Assembly: GCA_004764695.1 (NCBI GenBank)
Contig: SMSO01000025.1
Location: forward strand, 1,426,001 to 1,490,000
Origin: Schizochytrium sp. TIO01
Taxonomy: Eukaryota; Protista; Bigyra: Labyrinthulomycetes
Direction: 5' to 3'
DNA length: 64,000 nucleotides
Shown in pieces: positions 1 to 13,700 of this stretch (positions are counted from its first letter, which is position 1; every line of letters starts with the position of its first letter). Both the position numbers and the translations under genes were made by a program. The notes under the pieces were generated by a model. It was not told the origin of the DNA. It was given only the letters and a program-made list of their open reading frames with translations, and did not search any database.

Positions 1-3000
1 AATCGTCACATCGCCGCCAGTACCTCCGGTACTCGAGCCACCTTTCAGTACCAAGGTACCACCTGTATTAGCTCCAGTCGTAGCTCCGGCTTGAACTGTA
101 ACATCACTGCCATCCGTACTGCTATCACCAGCACTGATCGTAACAGTACCTGCAGTAGTGCTGGCAAGTCCAGATGAAAGCACAATCGACCCAGATGTAC
201 CGCTTGCACTTCCGGTTGACAATGTCAGTGGACCACTGAAAGATGTGGTTGCCGCCGATGCAGCACTGCCAATCGTCACGGCTCCAGAGCTAGTACTTGA
301 ACCAGAAGTGAAAACAAGCGCACCACCTGTTCCACCAGTGGCGATACCTGCAGTGAGCGTGATATCGCTTCCTGTAGTCTGGCTGGTCGAACCAACACTG
401 AGTGTGATTGCACCTGCAGACCCACCAACCGCAGTGCCAGTTGACAACGACACGGCACCGGAAGTACCAGCAGTGGAACTGCCCGTGGACAGACCAATGG
501 CTCCAGTTCCAGTAGATCCTGATGAAGTCAAAGTAATTGCTCCACTACTGAGTGATCCAGATCCTGACGTCACAGCGATTGCACCACCTGTGCCAGTTGT
601 TGCCGTACCAGAACTGATCACTACTTGGCCACCAGTACCGGAGGTACTATCACCAGCGTACATGTTCACAGCACCACCGACCATACCAGAAGCTTCAGTT
701 TTGCCTGCGTAAATCGACACGGCAGCTCCGTTACCGCCAGAAGAGACACCAACTGACAGCGTCATTGCGCCCGCGGTGCCTACGGAGCCAGCGTTGCTGG
801 TGGAAAGTGTTAAACTGCCACTACCAGCAGTACCGGCTGCCGCACCACTGGAAATGCTGACAGCACCGCTTAGTCCGGTTCCTCCAGTGCCTGAAGTTAT
901 TGTAACTGCGCCACCCGCTGCAGAGCCTTGGCCTGCTGTAAATGACAAGTCACCACCCGTAGCAGCTGTAGCCTGACCTGCAGTGATGGTTACATCACCA
1001 CCTGCAGTACTGCCACTGCCGACAGTTATCGAGATAGCACCTCCAGAACCACCTGTACCTGCGCCACCAGTCTGAATTGTAACACCACCAGTGGTACCAC
1101 TTGATGATGTGCCAGTACTGATTGTGATACCGCCGCTAACTCCACTTGTACCACTGTTGGGAGTGGTCATAGAGATGGAACCACTGGTAACACCGCTGCC
1201 TGACGTGAAAGTCAATGCACCGCCAGTAATAGCACTGGATAATCCTGCAGAAATCGCAACAGCACCACCAGTGCCAGATGAGCTAGCGCCAGCGGTCAAT
1301 GTGATTGCACCTCCAGCAACGACACTAGCAGAGTTGGCAGCACCGGCCAAGATCTGAACACCACCACCAGTGCCAGTAGCACTGCCACCTGCAGACAACT
1401 TTACAAGACCTCCGCTGCCAGCTGTGGATGCGGTGCTTGTTGAAAGAGTCAATGCACCAGTGGATCCAGAGGTAGCTGTACCAGTTGAAATAGTCACAGC
1501 ACCACTTGTGCCTAGAGCAGCAGTACCAGATGCGATCGTTACAGCACCACCAGCAGTTGAGCCAGCTCCAGAAGTAAGATCGATGTGTCCGCCGATTCCT
1601 GTAGATGAGGCTCCTGAAGTCAAGGTGATAGCCCCACCAGTGCCAGAGCCAGTGAGTCCACCGGCAGTCAGGACGATGTTACCTGCAGTACCAGACGTTG
1701 CACCGGTGCTGAGTGTCAATGTTCCACTAGTACCAGTGGTAGTTGCACCTGTTTTGATAGTGATCGAGCCACTAGACACTGAATCGGCACTTGAAAATGT
1801 CGCATCTCCACTGGTAGAACCTGTGCCAGTTGTAAAGGTAAGTTCACCGCCAATACCTGAAGAACTGGAACCAGCAGATAAAATGACAGTTCCACCAACA
1901 CCATTGGCGCCTTGACTAGCGCCTGCATATAATGACACAGAACCTCCAGTCTTGCTTGCATCTGTTGTTAGACCAGCAGTCAATGTAATAGTACCACCAT
2001 CGTTAGTATCACCATCACCAACAGTCATCGAGATGACGCCACCATTACCAGAGGTGGCATCTCCAGTACTAACAGTAATGGAACCTGTCGATCCTTGTGC
2101 TGATGAACCAGTAGACAGCGAGATTCCACCACTAATACCAGAAGCCCCCGAGTTTGGTGTATTCAATGAAATGATTCCAGTAGTCACCCCAGAACCAGAT
2201 TTCAAAATTAAAGATCCACCAGTACCAGTGCTATCAGCACCGCCATCAATCGTCACATCGCCGCCAGTACCTCCGGTACTCGAGCCACCTTTCAGTACCA
2301 AGGTACCACCTGTATTAGCTCCAGTCGTAGCTCCGGCTTGAACTGTAACATCACTGCCATCCGTACTGCTATCACCAGCACTGATCGTAACAGTACCTGC
2401 AGTAGTGCTGGCAAGTCCAGATGAAAGCACAATCGACCCAGATGTACCGCTCGCACTTCCGGTTGACAATGTCAGTGGACCACTGAAAGATGTCGTGGCC
2501 GCCGATGCAGCACTGCCAATCGTCACGGCTCCAGAGCTAGTACTTGAACCAGAAGTAAAAACAAGCGCACCACCTATTCCACCAGTGGCGATACCCGCAG
2601 TGAGCGTGATATCGCTTCCTGTAGTCTGGCTGGTCGAACCAACACTGAGTGTGATTGCACCTGCAGACCCACCAACCGCAGTGCCAGTTGACAACGACAC
2701 GGCACCGGAAGTACCAGCAGTGGAACTGCCCGTGGACAGACCAATGGCTCCAGTTCCAGTAGATCCTGATGAAGTCAAAGTAATTGCTCCACTACTGAGT
2801 GATCCAGATCCTGACGTCACAGCGATTGCACCACCTGTGCCAGTTGTTGCCGTACCAGAACTGATCACTACTTGGCCACCAGTACCGGAGGTACTATCAC
2901 CAGCGTACATGTTCACAGCACCACCGACCATACCAGAAGCTTCAGTTTTGCCTGCGTAAATCGACACGGCAGCTCCGTTACCGCCAGAAGAGACACCAAC

Positions 3001-6000
3001 TGACAGCGTCATTGCGCCCGCGGTGCCTACGGAGCCAGCGTTGCTGGTGGAAAGTGTTAAACTGCCACTACCAGCAGTACCGGCTGCCGCACCACTGGAA
3101 ATGCTGACAGCACCGCTTAGTCCGGTTCCTCCAGCGCCTGAAGTTATTGTAACTGCGCCACCCGCAGCAGAGCCTTGGCCTGCTGTAAATGACAAGTCAC
3201 CGCCGGTCGAAGCTGTAGCCTGACCTGCAGTGATGGTTACATCACCACCCGCAGTACTGCCACTGCCAACAGTTAAAGAGATAGCACCTCCAGAACCACC
3301 TGTACCTGCGCCACCAGTCTGAATCGTAACACCACCAGTGGTACCACTTGATGATGTGCCAGTACTGATTGTGATACCGCCGCTAACTCCACTTGTACCA
3401 CTGTTGGGAGTGGTCATGGAGATGGAACCACTGGTAACACCGCTGCCTGACGTGAAAGTCAATGCACCGCCAGTAACAGCACTGGACAATCCTGCAGAAA
3501 TAGCAACAGCACCACCAGTGCCAGATGAACTAGCGCCAGCGGTCAATGTGATTGCACCTCCAGCAACGACACTAGCAGAGTTTGCAGCACCGGCCAAGAT
3601 CTCAACACCACCACCAGTGCCAGTAGCACTGCCACCTGCAGACAACTTTACAAGACCTCCGCTGCCAGCTGTGGATGCGGTGCTTGTTGAAAGAGTCAAT
3701 GCACCAGTGGATCCAGAGGTAGCTGTACCAGTTGAAATAGTCACAGCACCACTTGTGCCTAGAGCAGCAGTACCAGATGCGATCGTTACAGCACCACCAG
3801 CAGTTGAGCCAGCTCCAGAAGTAAGATCGATGTGTCCGCCGATTCCTGTAGATGAGGCTCCTGAAGTCAAGGTGATAGCCCCACCAGTGCCAGAGCCAGT
3901 GAGTCCACCGGCAGTCAGGACGATGTTACCTGCAGTACCAGACGTTGCACCGGTGCTGAGTGTCAATGTTCCACTAGTACCAGTGGTAGTAGTACCTGTC
4001 TTCACAGTGATTGAGCCACTGTTCGTTGCATCAGGAGTTGCAATGGTTACTGCACCACTGGAAGTCCCGCCGCCAGACTGCAGGGTGACTGCACCACCAG
4101 TACCAGTACTTGAATCGGCGCCGCCATTAATGGTGACTTGACCGCCAGTACCAGATGCACTTGCACCACCCGCTAGTGCGAGCGTTCCACCAACTGCAGA
4201 TGCGAAAGTGGTCGCACCACCAGTCAAAGTTGCACCAGCACCATTGGCACCGGCGGTTGTGCCTGCACTAATGGTGATAGCTCCACCTGTGCCACTTGAA
4301 GCGCCAGACGCGATTGTAACATCTCCAGAGACCCCACTTGAGGAATCTCCAGTAACAATATCAATAAAGCCACTAACAGCGCCACTCTGAGCAGCACCGG
4401 CAGCAGTAAGAATAGAAACGGAGCCACTCGATGCGCCAGTTGAAGTGCCAGCGCCTGAAGTCATAGAAATGCTTCCGCCTGTGTTAGCACTTGAACTACC
4501 TGCGCTAAAAGTGAGGGCGCCACCAGTACCACTGCTGCTGCTACCAACAAAAAGTGAGATGTCACCACCCTTGCCAGCCACGGCAGTACCAGTGCTTATT
4601 GTAACATCACCTGAGGATCCACCCGTAGCAGATCCAGTAGAAATTGTCAAAGCTCCTGTTGCTTGGGATGAGCTACTGGATATATCGACAGCGCCACTCG
4701 AGGTGCCGGAACCTGAGCTCAAGGTCAAAGCACCGCCAAATGCTGAGGACGAGACGCCTCCGGCAATGGTGACGCTACCTCCAATTCCGGTGCCACCAGA
4801 ACCCGCAGTGATACCTACCGAACCACCAACAGTAGAGCCTTGGCCAGCAGTAAATGTCAATGCACCGCCTGTCGCAGCTGTAGCTTGACCTGCAGTGATG
4901 GTGACATCACCACCCGCAGTACTGCCACTGCCGACAGTTATCGAGATAGCACCTCCAGCACCACCAGTACCTGCGCCACCAGTCTGAATTGTAACACCAC
5001 CAGTGGTACCACTTGATGATGTGCCAGTACTTATTGTGATACCTCCGCTAACTCCACTTGTACCACTGTTGGGAGTGGTCATAGAGATAGAACCACTGGT
5101 AACACCGCTTCCTGAAATGAAGGTCAATGCACCACCAGTAGCGGTAACGGAAGCTCCCGCAGTAATTGCAACAGCACCACCAGTGCCAGATGAACTAGCG
5201 CCAGCAGTCAATGTAATTGCACCTCCAGCAACGACACTGGCAGCATTGGCAGCACCGGCCAAGATCTCAACACCACCACCAGTGCCAGTAGCACTGCCAC
5301 CTGCAGACAACTTAACAAGACCTCCGCTGCCAGCTGTGGATGCGGTGCTTGTTGATAGAGTCAATGCACCAGTTGATCCAGAGGTAGCTGTACCAGTTGA
5401 AATAGTCACAGCACCACTTGTGCCTAGAGCAGCAGTACCAGATGCGATCGTTACAGCACCACCAGCAGTTGAGCCAGCTCCAGAAGTAAGATCGATGTGT
5501 CCGCCGATTCCTGTAGATGAGGCTCCTGAAGTCAAGGTGATAGCCCCACCAGTGCCAGAGCCAGTGAGTCCACCGGCAGTCAGGACAATGTTTCCGGCAG
5601 TACTAGACGTCGCACCGGTGCTAAGTGTCAATGTTCCACTAGTACCAGTGGTAGTGGTACCTGTCTTCACAGTGATTGAGCCACTGTTGGTTGCATCAGG
5701 AGTTGCAATGGTTACTGCACCACTGGAAGTTCCGTCACCAGAATTAAAACTCAACGATCCACCAGTACCAGTACTATCAGCACCGCCATCAATCGTCACA
5801 TCGCCGCCAGTACCTCCAGTACTCGAGCCACCTTTAAGTACCAAGGTACCACCTGTATTAGCTCCAGTCGTAGCTCCGGCTTGAACTGTAACATCACTGC
5901 CATCCGTACTGCTATCACCAGCACTGATCGTAACAGTACCTGCAGTAGTGCTGGCAAGTCCAGATGAAAGCACAATCGACCCAGATGTACCGCTCGCACT

Positions 6001-9000
6001 TCCGGTTGACAATGTCAGTGGACCACTGAAAGATGTGGTTGCCGCCGATGCAGCACTGCCAATCGTCACGGCTCCAGAGCTAGTACTTGAACCAGAAGTG
6101 AAAACAAGCGCACCACCTGTTCCACCAGTGGCGATACCTGCAGTGAGCGTGATATCGCTTCCTGTAGTCTGGCTGGTCGAACCAACACTGAGTGTGATTG
6201 CACCTGCAGACCCACCAACCGCAGTGCCAGTTGACAACGACACGGCACCGGAAGTACCAGCAGTGGAACTGCCCGTGGACAGACCAATTGCGCCAGTTCC
6301 AGTAGATCCTGATGAAGTCAAAGTAATTGCTCCACTACTGAGTGATCCAGATCCTGACGTCACAGCGATTGCACCACCTGTGCCAGTTGTTGCCGTACCA
6401 GAACTGATCACTACTTGGCCACCAGTACCGGAGGTACTATCACCAGCGTACATGTTCACAGCACCACCGACCATACCAGAAGCTTCAGTTTTGCCTGCGT
6501 AAATCGACACGGCAGCTCCGTTACCGCCAGAAGAGACACCAACTGACAGCGTCATTGCGCCCGCGGTGCCTACGGAGCCAGCGTTGCTGGTGGAAAGTGT
6601 TAAACTGCCACTACCAGCAGTACCGGCTGCCGCACCACTGGAAATGCTGACAGCACCGCTTAGTCCGGTTCCTCCAGTGCCTGAAGTTATTGTAACTGCG
6701 CCACCCGCAGCAGAGCCTTGGCCTGCTGTAAATGACAAGTCACCACCCGTAGCAGCTATAGCTTGACCTGCAGTGATGGTTACATCACCACCCGCAGTAC
6801 TGCCACTGCCGACAGTTATCGAGATAGCACCTCCAGCACCACCTGTACCTGCGCCACCAGTTTGAATCGTAACACCACCAGTGGTACCACTTGATGATGT
6901 GCCAGTACTGATTGTGATACCTCCGCTAACTCCACTTGTACCACTGTTGGGAGTGGTCATAGAGATGGAACCACTGGTAACACCGCTGCCTGAGGTGAAA
7001 ATCAATGCGCCACCAATAGTGGTAACGGAAGCTCCCGCAGTAATTGCAACAGCACCACCAGTGCCAGATGAGCTAGCGCCAGCAGTCAATGTGATCGTTC
7101 CTCCAACAGCGTTTGCAGCATTGGCAGCACCGGCCAAGATCTCAACACCACCACCAGTGCCAGTAGCACTGCCACCTGCAGACAACTTTACAAGACCTCC
7201 GCTGCCAGCTGTGGATGCGGTGCTTGTGGATAGAGTTAATGCACCAGTTGATCCAGAGGTAGCTGTACCAGTTGAAATAGTCACAGCACCACTTGTGCCT
7301 AGAGCAGCAGTACCAGATGCGATCGTTACAGCACCACCAGCAGTTGAGCCAGCTCCAGAAGTAAGATCGATGTGTCCGCCGATTCCTGTAGATGAGGCTC
7401 CTGAAGTCAAGGTGATAGCCCCACCAGTGCCAGAGCCAGTGAGTCCACCGGCAGTCAGGACGATGTTACCTGCAGTACCAGACGTTGCACCGGTGCTGAG
7501 TGTCAATGTTCCACTAGTACCAGTGGTAGTAGTACCTGTCTTCACAGTGATTGAGCCACTGTTCGTTGCATCAGGAGTTGCAATGGTTACTGCACCACTG
7601 GAAGTCCCGCCGCCAGACTGCAGGGTGACTGCACCACCAGTACCAGTACTTGAATCGGCGCCGCCATTAATGGTGACTTGACCGCCAGTACCAGATGCAC
7701 TTGCACCACCCGCTAGTGCGAGCGTTCCACCAACTGCAGATGCGAAAGTGGTCGCACCACCAGTCAAAGTTGCACCAGCACCATTGGCACCGGCGGTTGT
7801 GCCTGCACTAATGGTGATAGCTCCACCTGTGCCACTTGAAGCGCCAGACGCGATTGTAACATCTCCAGAGACCCCACTTGAGGAATCTCCAGTGACAATA
7901 TCAATAAAGCCACTAACAGCGCCACTCTGAGCAGCACCGGCAGCAGTAAGAATAGAAACGGAGCCACTCGATGCGCCAGTTGAAGTGCCAGCGCCTGAAG
8001 TCATAGAAATGCTTCCGCCTGTGTTAGCACTTGAACTACCTGCGCTAAAAGTGAGGGCGCCAGCAGTACCACTGCTGCTGCTACCAACAAAAAGTGAGAT
8101 GTCACCACCCTTGCCAGCCACGGCAGTACCAGTGCTTATTGTAACATCACCTGAGGATCCACCCGTAGCAGATCCAGTAGAAATTGTCAAAGCTCCTGTT
8201 GCTTGGGATGAGCTACTGGATATATCGACAGCGCCACTCGAGGTGCCGGAACCTGAGCTCAAGGTCAAAGCACCGCCAAATGCTGAGGACGACACGCCTC
8301 CGGCAATCGTGACGCTACCTCCAATTCCGGTGCCACCAGAACCCGCAGTGATACCGACCGAACCACCAACAGTAGAGCCTTGGCCTGCAGTAAATGTCAA
8401 TGCACCGCCCGTCGCAGCTGTAGCTTGACCTGCAGTGATCGTTACACCACCACCTGCAGTACTGCCACTGCCGACAGTTATCAAGATAGCACCTCCAGCA
8501 CCACCTGTACCTGCGCCCCCAGTCTGAATCGTAACACCACCAGTGGTACCACTTGATGATGTGCCAGTACTGATTGTGATACCTCCGCTAACTCCACTTG
8601 TACCACTGTTGGGAGTGGTCATAGAGATAGAACCACTTGTAACACCACTGCCTGAAGTGAAAGTCAATGCACCACCAGTAGTGGTAACGGAAGCTCCCGC
8701 AGTAATTGCAACAGCACCACCAATGCCAGATGAGCTAGCACCAGCAGTCAATGTGATCGCTCCTCCAACAGCGCTTGCAGCATTGGCAGCACCTGCAGAA
8801 AGTTGAACCGACCCTCCGACACCGGTCGCACTACCGCCAGCAGACAACACGACATTCCCAGCTGTTCCTGACGTTGCATCACCAGTTGAAATAGTTACAG
8901 TTCCCGTTCCGGTAGTTCCAGATGTACCGGAAGATACAGTTACACCACCACTCTTCAGGCTGCCACCTGTGCCTGACGTAATTGTAACCGAACCACCAAC

Positions 9001-10760
9001 AGTAGAGCCCTGGCCAGCCGTAAATGTCAATGCACCGCCCGTCGCAGCTGTAGCCTGACCTGCAGTGACCGTCACACCACCACCAACAGTACTGCCAGTG
9101 CCGACACTCATCAAGATAGATCCTCCGGCACCACCTGTACCTGCGCCACCAGTCTGAATGGTAACACCACCAGTGGTACCACTTGATGATGTGCCAGTAC
9201 TGATTGTGATACTTCCACTAACTCCACTTGTACCACTGTTGGGAGTGGTCATGGAGATAGAACCACTGGTAACACCGCTGCCTGACGTGAAAGTCAATGC
9301 ACCGCCAGTAACAGCATTGGACAATCCTGCAGAAATCGCAACAGCACCACCCGTGCCAGATGAGCTAGCGCCAGCGGTCAATGTGATTGCACCTCCAGCA
9401 ACGACACTAGCAGCATTGGCAGCACCGGCCAAGATCTGAACACCACCACCAGTGCCAGTAGCACTGCCACCCGCAGACAACTTTACAAGACCTCCGCTGC
9501 CAGCTGTGGATGCGGTGCTTGTTGATAGAGTCAATGCACCAGTTGATCCAGAGGTAGCTGTACCAGTTGAAATAGTCACAGCACCACTTGTGCCTAGAGC
9601 AGCAGTACCAGATGCGATCGTTACAGCACCACCAGCAGTTGAGCCAGCTCCAGAAGTAAGATCGATATGTCCGCCGATTCCTGTAGATGAGGCTCCTGAA
9701 GTCAAGGTGATAGCACCACCAGTGCCAGAGCCAGTGAGTCCACCGGCAGTCAGGACGATGTTTCCTGCAGTACCAGACGTTGCACCGGTGCTGAGTGTCA
9801 ATGTTCCACTAGTACCAGTGGTAGTGGTACCTGTCTTCACAGTGATTGAGCCACTGTTCGTTGCATCAGGAGTTGCAATGGTTACTGCACCACTGGAAGT
9901 TCCGTCACCAGAATTAAAACTCAACGATCCACCAGTACCAGTACTATCAGCACCGCCATCAATCGTCACATCGCCGCCGGTACCTCCGGTACTCGAGCCA
10001 CCTTTCAGTACCAAGGTACCACCTGTATTAGCTCCAGTCGTAGCTCCGGCTTGAACTGTAACATCACTGCCATCCGTACTGCTATCACCAGCACTGATCG
10101 TAACAGTACCTGCAGTAGTGCTGGCAAGTCCAGATGAAAGCACAATCGACCCAGAGGTACCGCTCGCACTTCCGGTTGACAATGTCAGAGGACCACTGAA
10201 AGATGTGGTTGCCGCCGATGCAGCACTGCCAATCGTCACGGCTCCAGAGCTAGTACTTGAACCAGAAGTAAAAACAAGCGCACCACCTATTCCACCAGTG
10301 GCGATACCCGCAGTGAGCGTGATATCGCTTCCTGTAGTCTGGCTGGTCGAACCAACACTGAGTGTGATTGCACCTGCAGACCCACCAACCGCAGTGCCAG
10401 TTGACAACGACACGGCACCGGAAGTACCAGCAGTGGAACTGCCCGTGGACAGACCAATTGCGCCAGTTCCAGTAGATCCTGATGAAGTCAAAGTAATTGC
10501 TCCACTACTGACCGATCCAGATCCTGACGTCACAGCGATTGCACCACCTGTGCCAGTTGTTGCCGTACCAGAACTGATCACTACTTGGCCACCAGTACCG
10601 GAGGTACCATCACCAGCGTACATGTTCACAGCACCACCGACCATACCAGAAGCTTCAGTTTTGCCTGCGTAAATCGACACGGCAGCTCCGTTACCGCCAG
10701 AAGAGACACCAACTGACAGCGTCATTGCGCCCGCGGTGCCTACGGAGCCAGCGTTGCTGG
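1..10760 (-). CDS. Open segment 4 of the giant gene (~3,580 aa of mosaic repeats), running off the window end
   Basis: Absent from the ORF track, presumably because no stop is reached. Spot translations at 1-60 and 2131-2220 are in one frame. All plus-strand shadow ORFs from 158 to 10118 share one frame (start mod 3 = 2), which indicates no frameshift. Confidence 0.85.
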
Positions 10761-13700
10761 TGGGAAAGTGTTAACACTGCCACTACCGAGCAGTACCTGG
10801 CTTGGCCGCACCACTGGATAAATGCTGACAGCACCGCTTAGTCCGGTTCCTCCAGTCGCTGAGAGTTTTGTTAACTGGCGCCACCCGCAGCAGAGCCTTG
10901 GCCTGCTGTAAAATGACAAGTCACCACCCCGTAGCAGCTGTAGCCTGACCTGCAGTGATGGTTACATTCACCACCTCGCAGTCTGCCACTGCCGACAGTT
11001 ATCGAGATAGCACCTCCAGAACCACCTGTACCTGCGCCACCAGTCTGATCGTAACACCACCAGTGGTACCACTTGATGATGTGCCAGTACTGATTGTGAT
11101 ACCTCCGCTAACTCCACTTGTACCACTGTTGGGAGTGGTCATGGAGATGGAACCACTGGTAACACCGCTGCCTGACGTGAAAGTCAATGCACCGCCAGTA
11201 ATAGCACTGGATAATCCTGCAGAAATCGCAACAGCACCACCAGTGCCAGATGAGCTAGCGCCAGCGGTCAATGTGATTGCACCTCCAGCAACGACACTAG
11301 CAGAGTTGGCAGCACCGGCCAAGATCTCAACACCACCACCAGTGCCAGTAGCACTGCCACCTGCAGACAACTTAACAAGACCTCCGCTGCCAGCTGTGGA
11401 TGCGGTGCTTGTTGAAAGAGTCAATGCACCAGTGGATCCAGAGGTAGCTGTACCAGTTGAAATAGTCACAGCACCACTTGTGCCTAGAGCAGCAGTACCA
11501 GATGCGATCGTTACAGCACCACCAGCAGTTGAGCCAGCTCCAGAAGTAAGATCGATGTTGTCCCGCCATTCCTGTAGATGAGGCTCCTGAAGTCAAGGTT
11601 GATAGCCCCACCAGTGCCAGAGCTAGTGAGTCCACCGGGCAGTCAGGACGATGTTACTGCAGTTCCAGACGTTGCACCGGTGCTGAGTGTCAATGTTCCA
11701 CTAGTACAGTGGTAGTTGCACCTGTTTTGATAGTGATCGAGCCACTAGACACTGAATCGGCACTTGAAAATGTCGCATCTCCCACTGGTAGAACCTGTGC
11801 CAGTTGTAAAGGTAAGTTCACCGCCAATACCTGAAGAACTAGAACCAGCAGATAAAATGACAGTTCCACCAACACCATTGGCGCCTGACTAGCGCCTGCA
11901 TATAATGACACAGAACCTCCAGTCTTGCTTGCAGCTGTTGTTAGACCAGCAGTCAATGTAATAGTACCACCATCGTTAGTATCACCATCACCAACAGTCA
12001 TCGATATGACGCCACCACTACCAGAGGTGGCATCTCCAGTACTAACAGTAATGGAACCTGTCGATCCTTGTGCTGATTGAACCAGTAGACAGCGAGATTC
12101 CACCACTAATACCAGAAGCCCCCGAGTTTTGGTGTATTCAAGTGAAATGATTCCAGTAGTCACCCCAGAACAGATTTCAAAATTAAAGATCCACCAGTAC
12201 CAGTGCTACAGCACCGCCATCAATCGTCACATCGCCGCCAGTACCGTCTCGGTACTCGAGCCACCTTTCAGTACCAAGGTTCCACCTGTATTAGCTCCAG
12301 TCGTAGCTCCGGCTTGAACAGTAACATCACTGCCATCCGTACTGCTATCACCAGCACTGATCGTAACAGTACCTGCAGTAATGCTGGCAAGTCCAGATGA
12401 AAGCACAATCGACCCAGATGTACCGCTCGCACTTCCGGTTGACAATGTCAGAGGACCACTGAAAGATGTCGTGGCCGCCGATGCAGCACTGCCAATCGTC
12501 ACGGCTCCAGAGCTAGTACTTGAACCAGAAGTAAAAACAAGCGCACCACCTATTCCACTAGTGGCGATACCTGCAGTGAGCGTGATATCGCTTCCAGTAG
12601 TCTGGCTGGTCGAACCAACACTGAGTGTGATTGCACCTGCAGACCCACCAACCGCAGTGCCAGTTGACAACGACACGGCACCGGAAGTACCAGCAGTGGA
12701 ACTGCCCGTAGACAGACCAATGGCTCCAGTTCCAGTAGATCCTGATGAAGTCAAAGTAATTGCTCCACTACTGACTGATCCAGATCCTGACGTCACAGCG
12801 ATTGCACCACCTGTGCCAGTTGTTGCCGTACCAGAACTGATCACTACTTGGCCACCAGTACCGGTGGTACTATCACCAGCGTACATGTTCACAGCACCAC
12901 CGACCATACCAGAAGCTACAGTTTTGCCTGCGTAAATCGACACGGCAGCTCCCGTTACCTGCCAGAAGAGACACCAATTGACAGCGTCATTGCGCCCGCG
13001 GTGCCTCCGGAGCCAGCGTTGCTGGTGGAAAGTGTTAAACTGCCCATACCAGCAGTACCGGCTGCCGCACACTGGAAATGCTGACAGCACCGCTTAGTCC
13101 GGGTTCCTCCAGCGCCTGAAGTAAATTGTAACTGCGCCACCCGCAGCAGAGCCTTGGCCTGCTGTAAATGACAAGTCACCTCCCGTAGCAGCTGTAGCCT
13201 GACCTGCAGTGATGGTTACATCACCACCCGCAGTACTGCCACTGCCAACAGTTAAGAGATAGCACCTCCAGAACCACCTGTACCTGCGCCACCAGTCTGA
13301 ATCGTAACACCCACCAGTGGTACCCACTTGATGATGTGCCAGTACTGATTGTGATACCGCCGCTAACGCCACTTGTACCACTGTTGGGAGTGGTCATAGA
13401 GATGGAACCACTGGTAACACCGCTGCCTGACGTGAAAGTCAATGCACCGCCAGTAACAGCACTGGACAATCCTGCAGAAATCGCAACAGCACCACCAGTG
13501 CCAGATGAGCTAGCGCCAGCGGTCAATGTGATTGCACCTCCAGCAACGACACTAGCAGAGTTGGCAGCACCGGCCAAGATCTCAACACCACCACCAGTGC
13601 CAGTAGCACTGCCACCTGCAGACAACTTTACAAGACCTCCGCTGCCAGCTGTGGATGCGGTGCTTGTTGATAGAGTCAATGCACCAGTGGATCCAGAGGT

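Noticed and set aside
10760-13325. Pseudogene or intron
   Set aside because: Indels far outnumber substitutions, the region is otherwise near-identical to an intact coding copy, and the flanks are undamaged. This fits sequencing noise.
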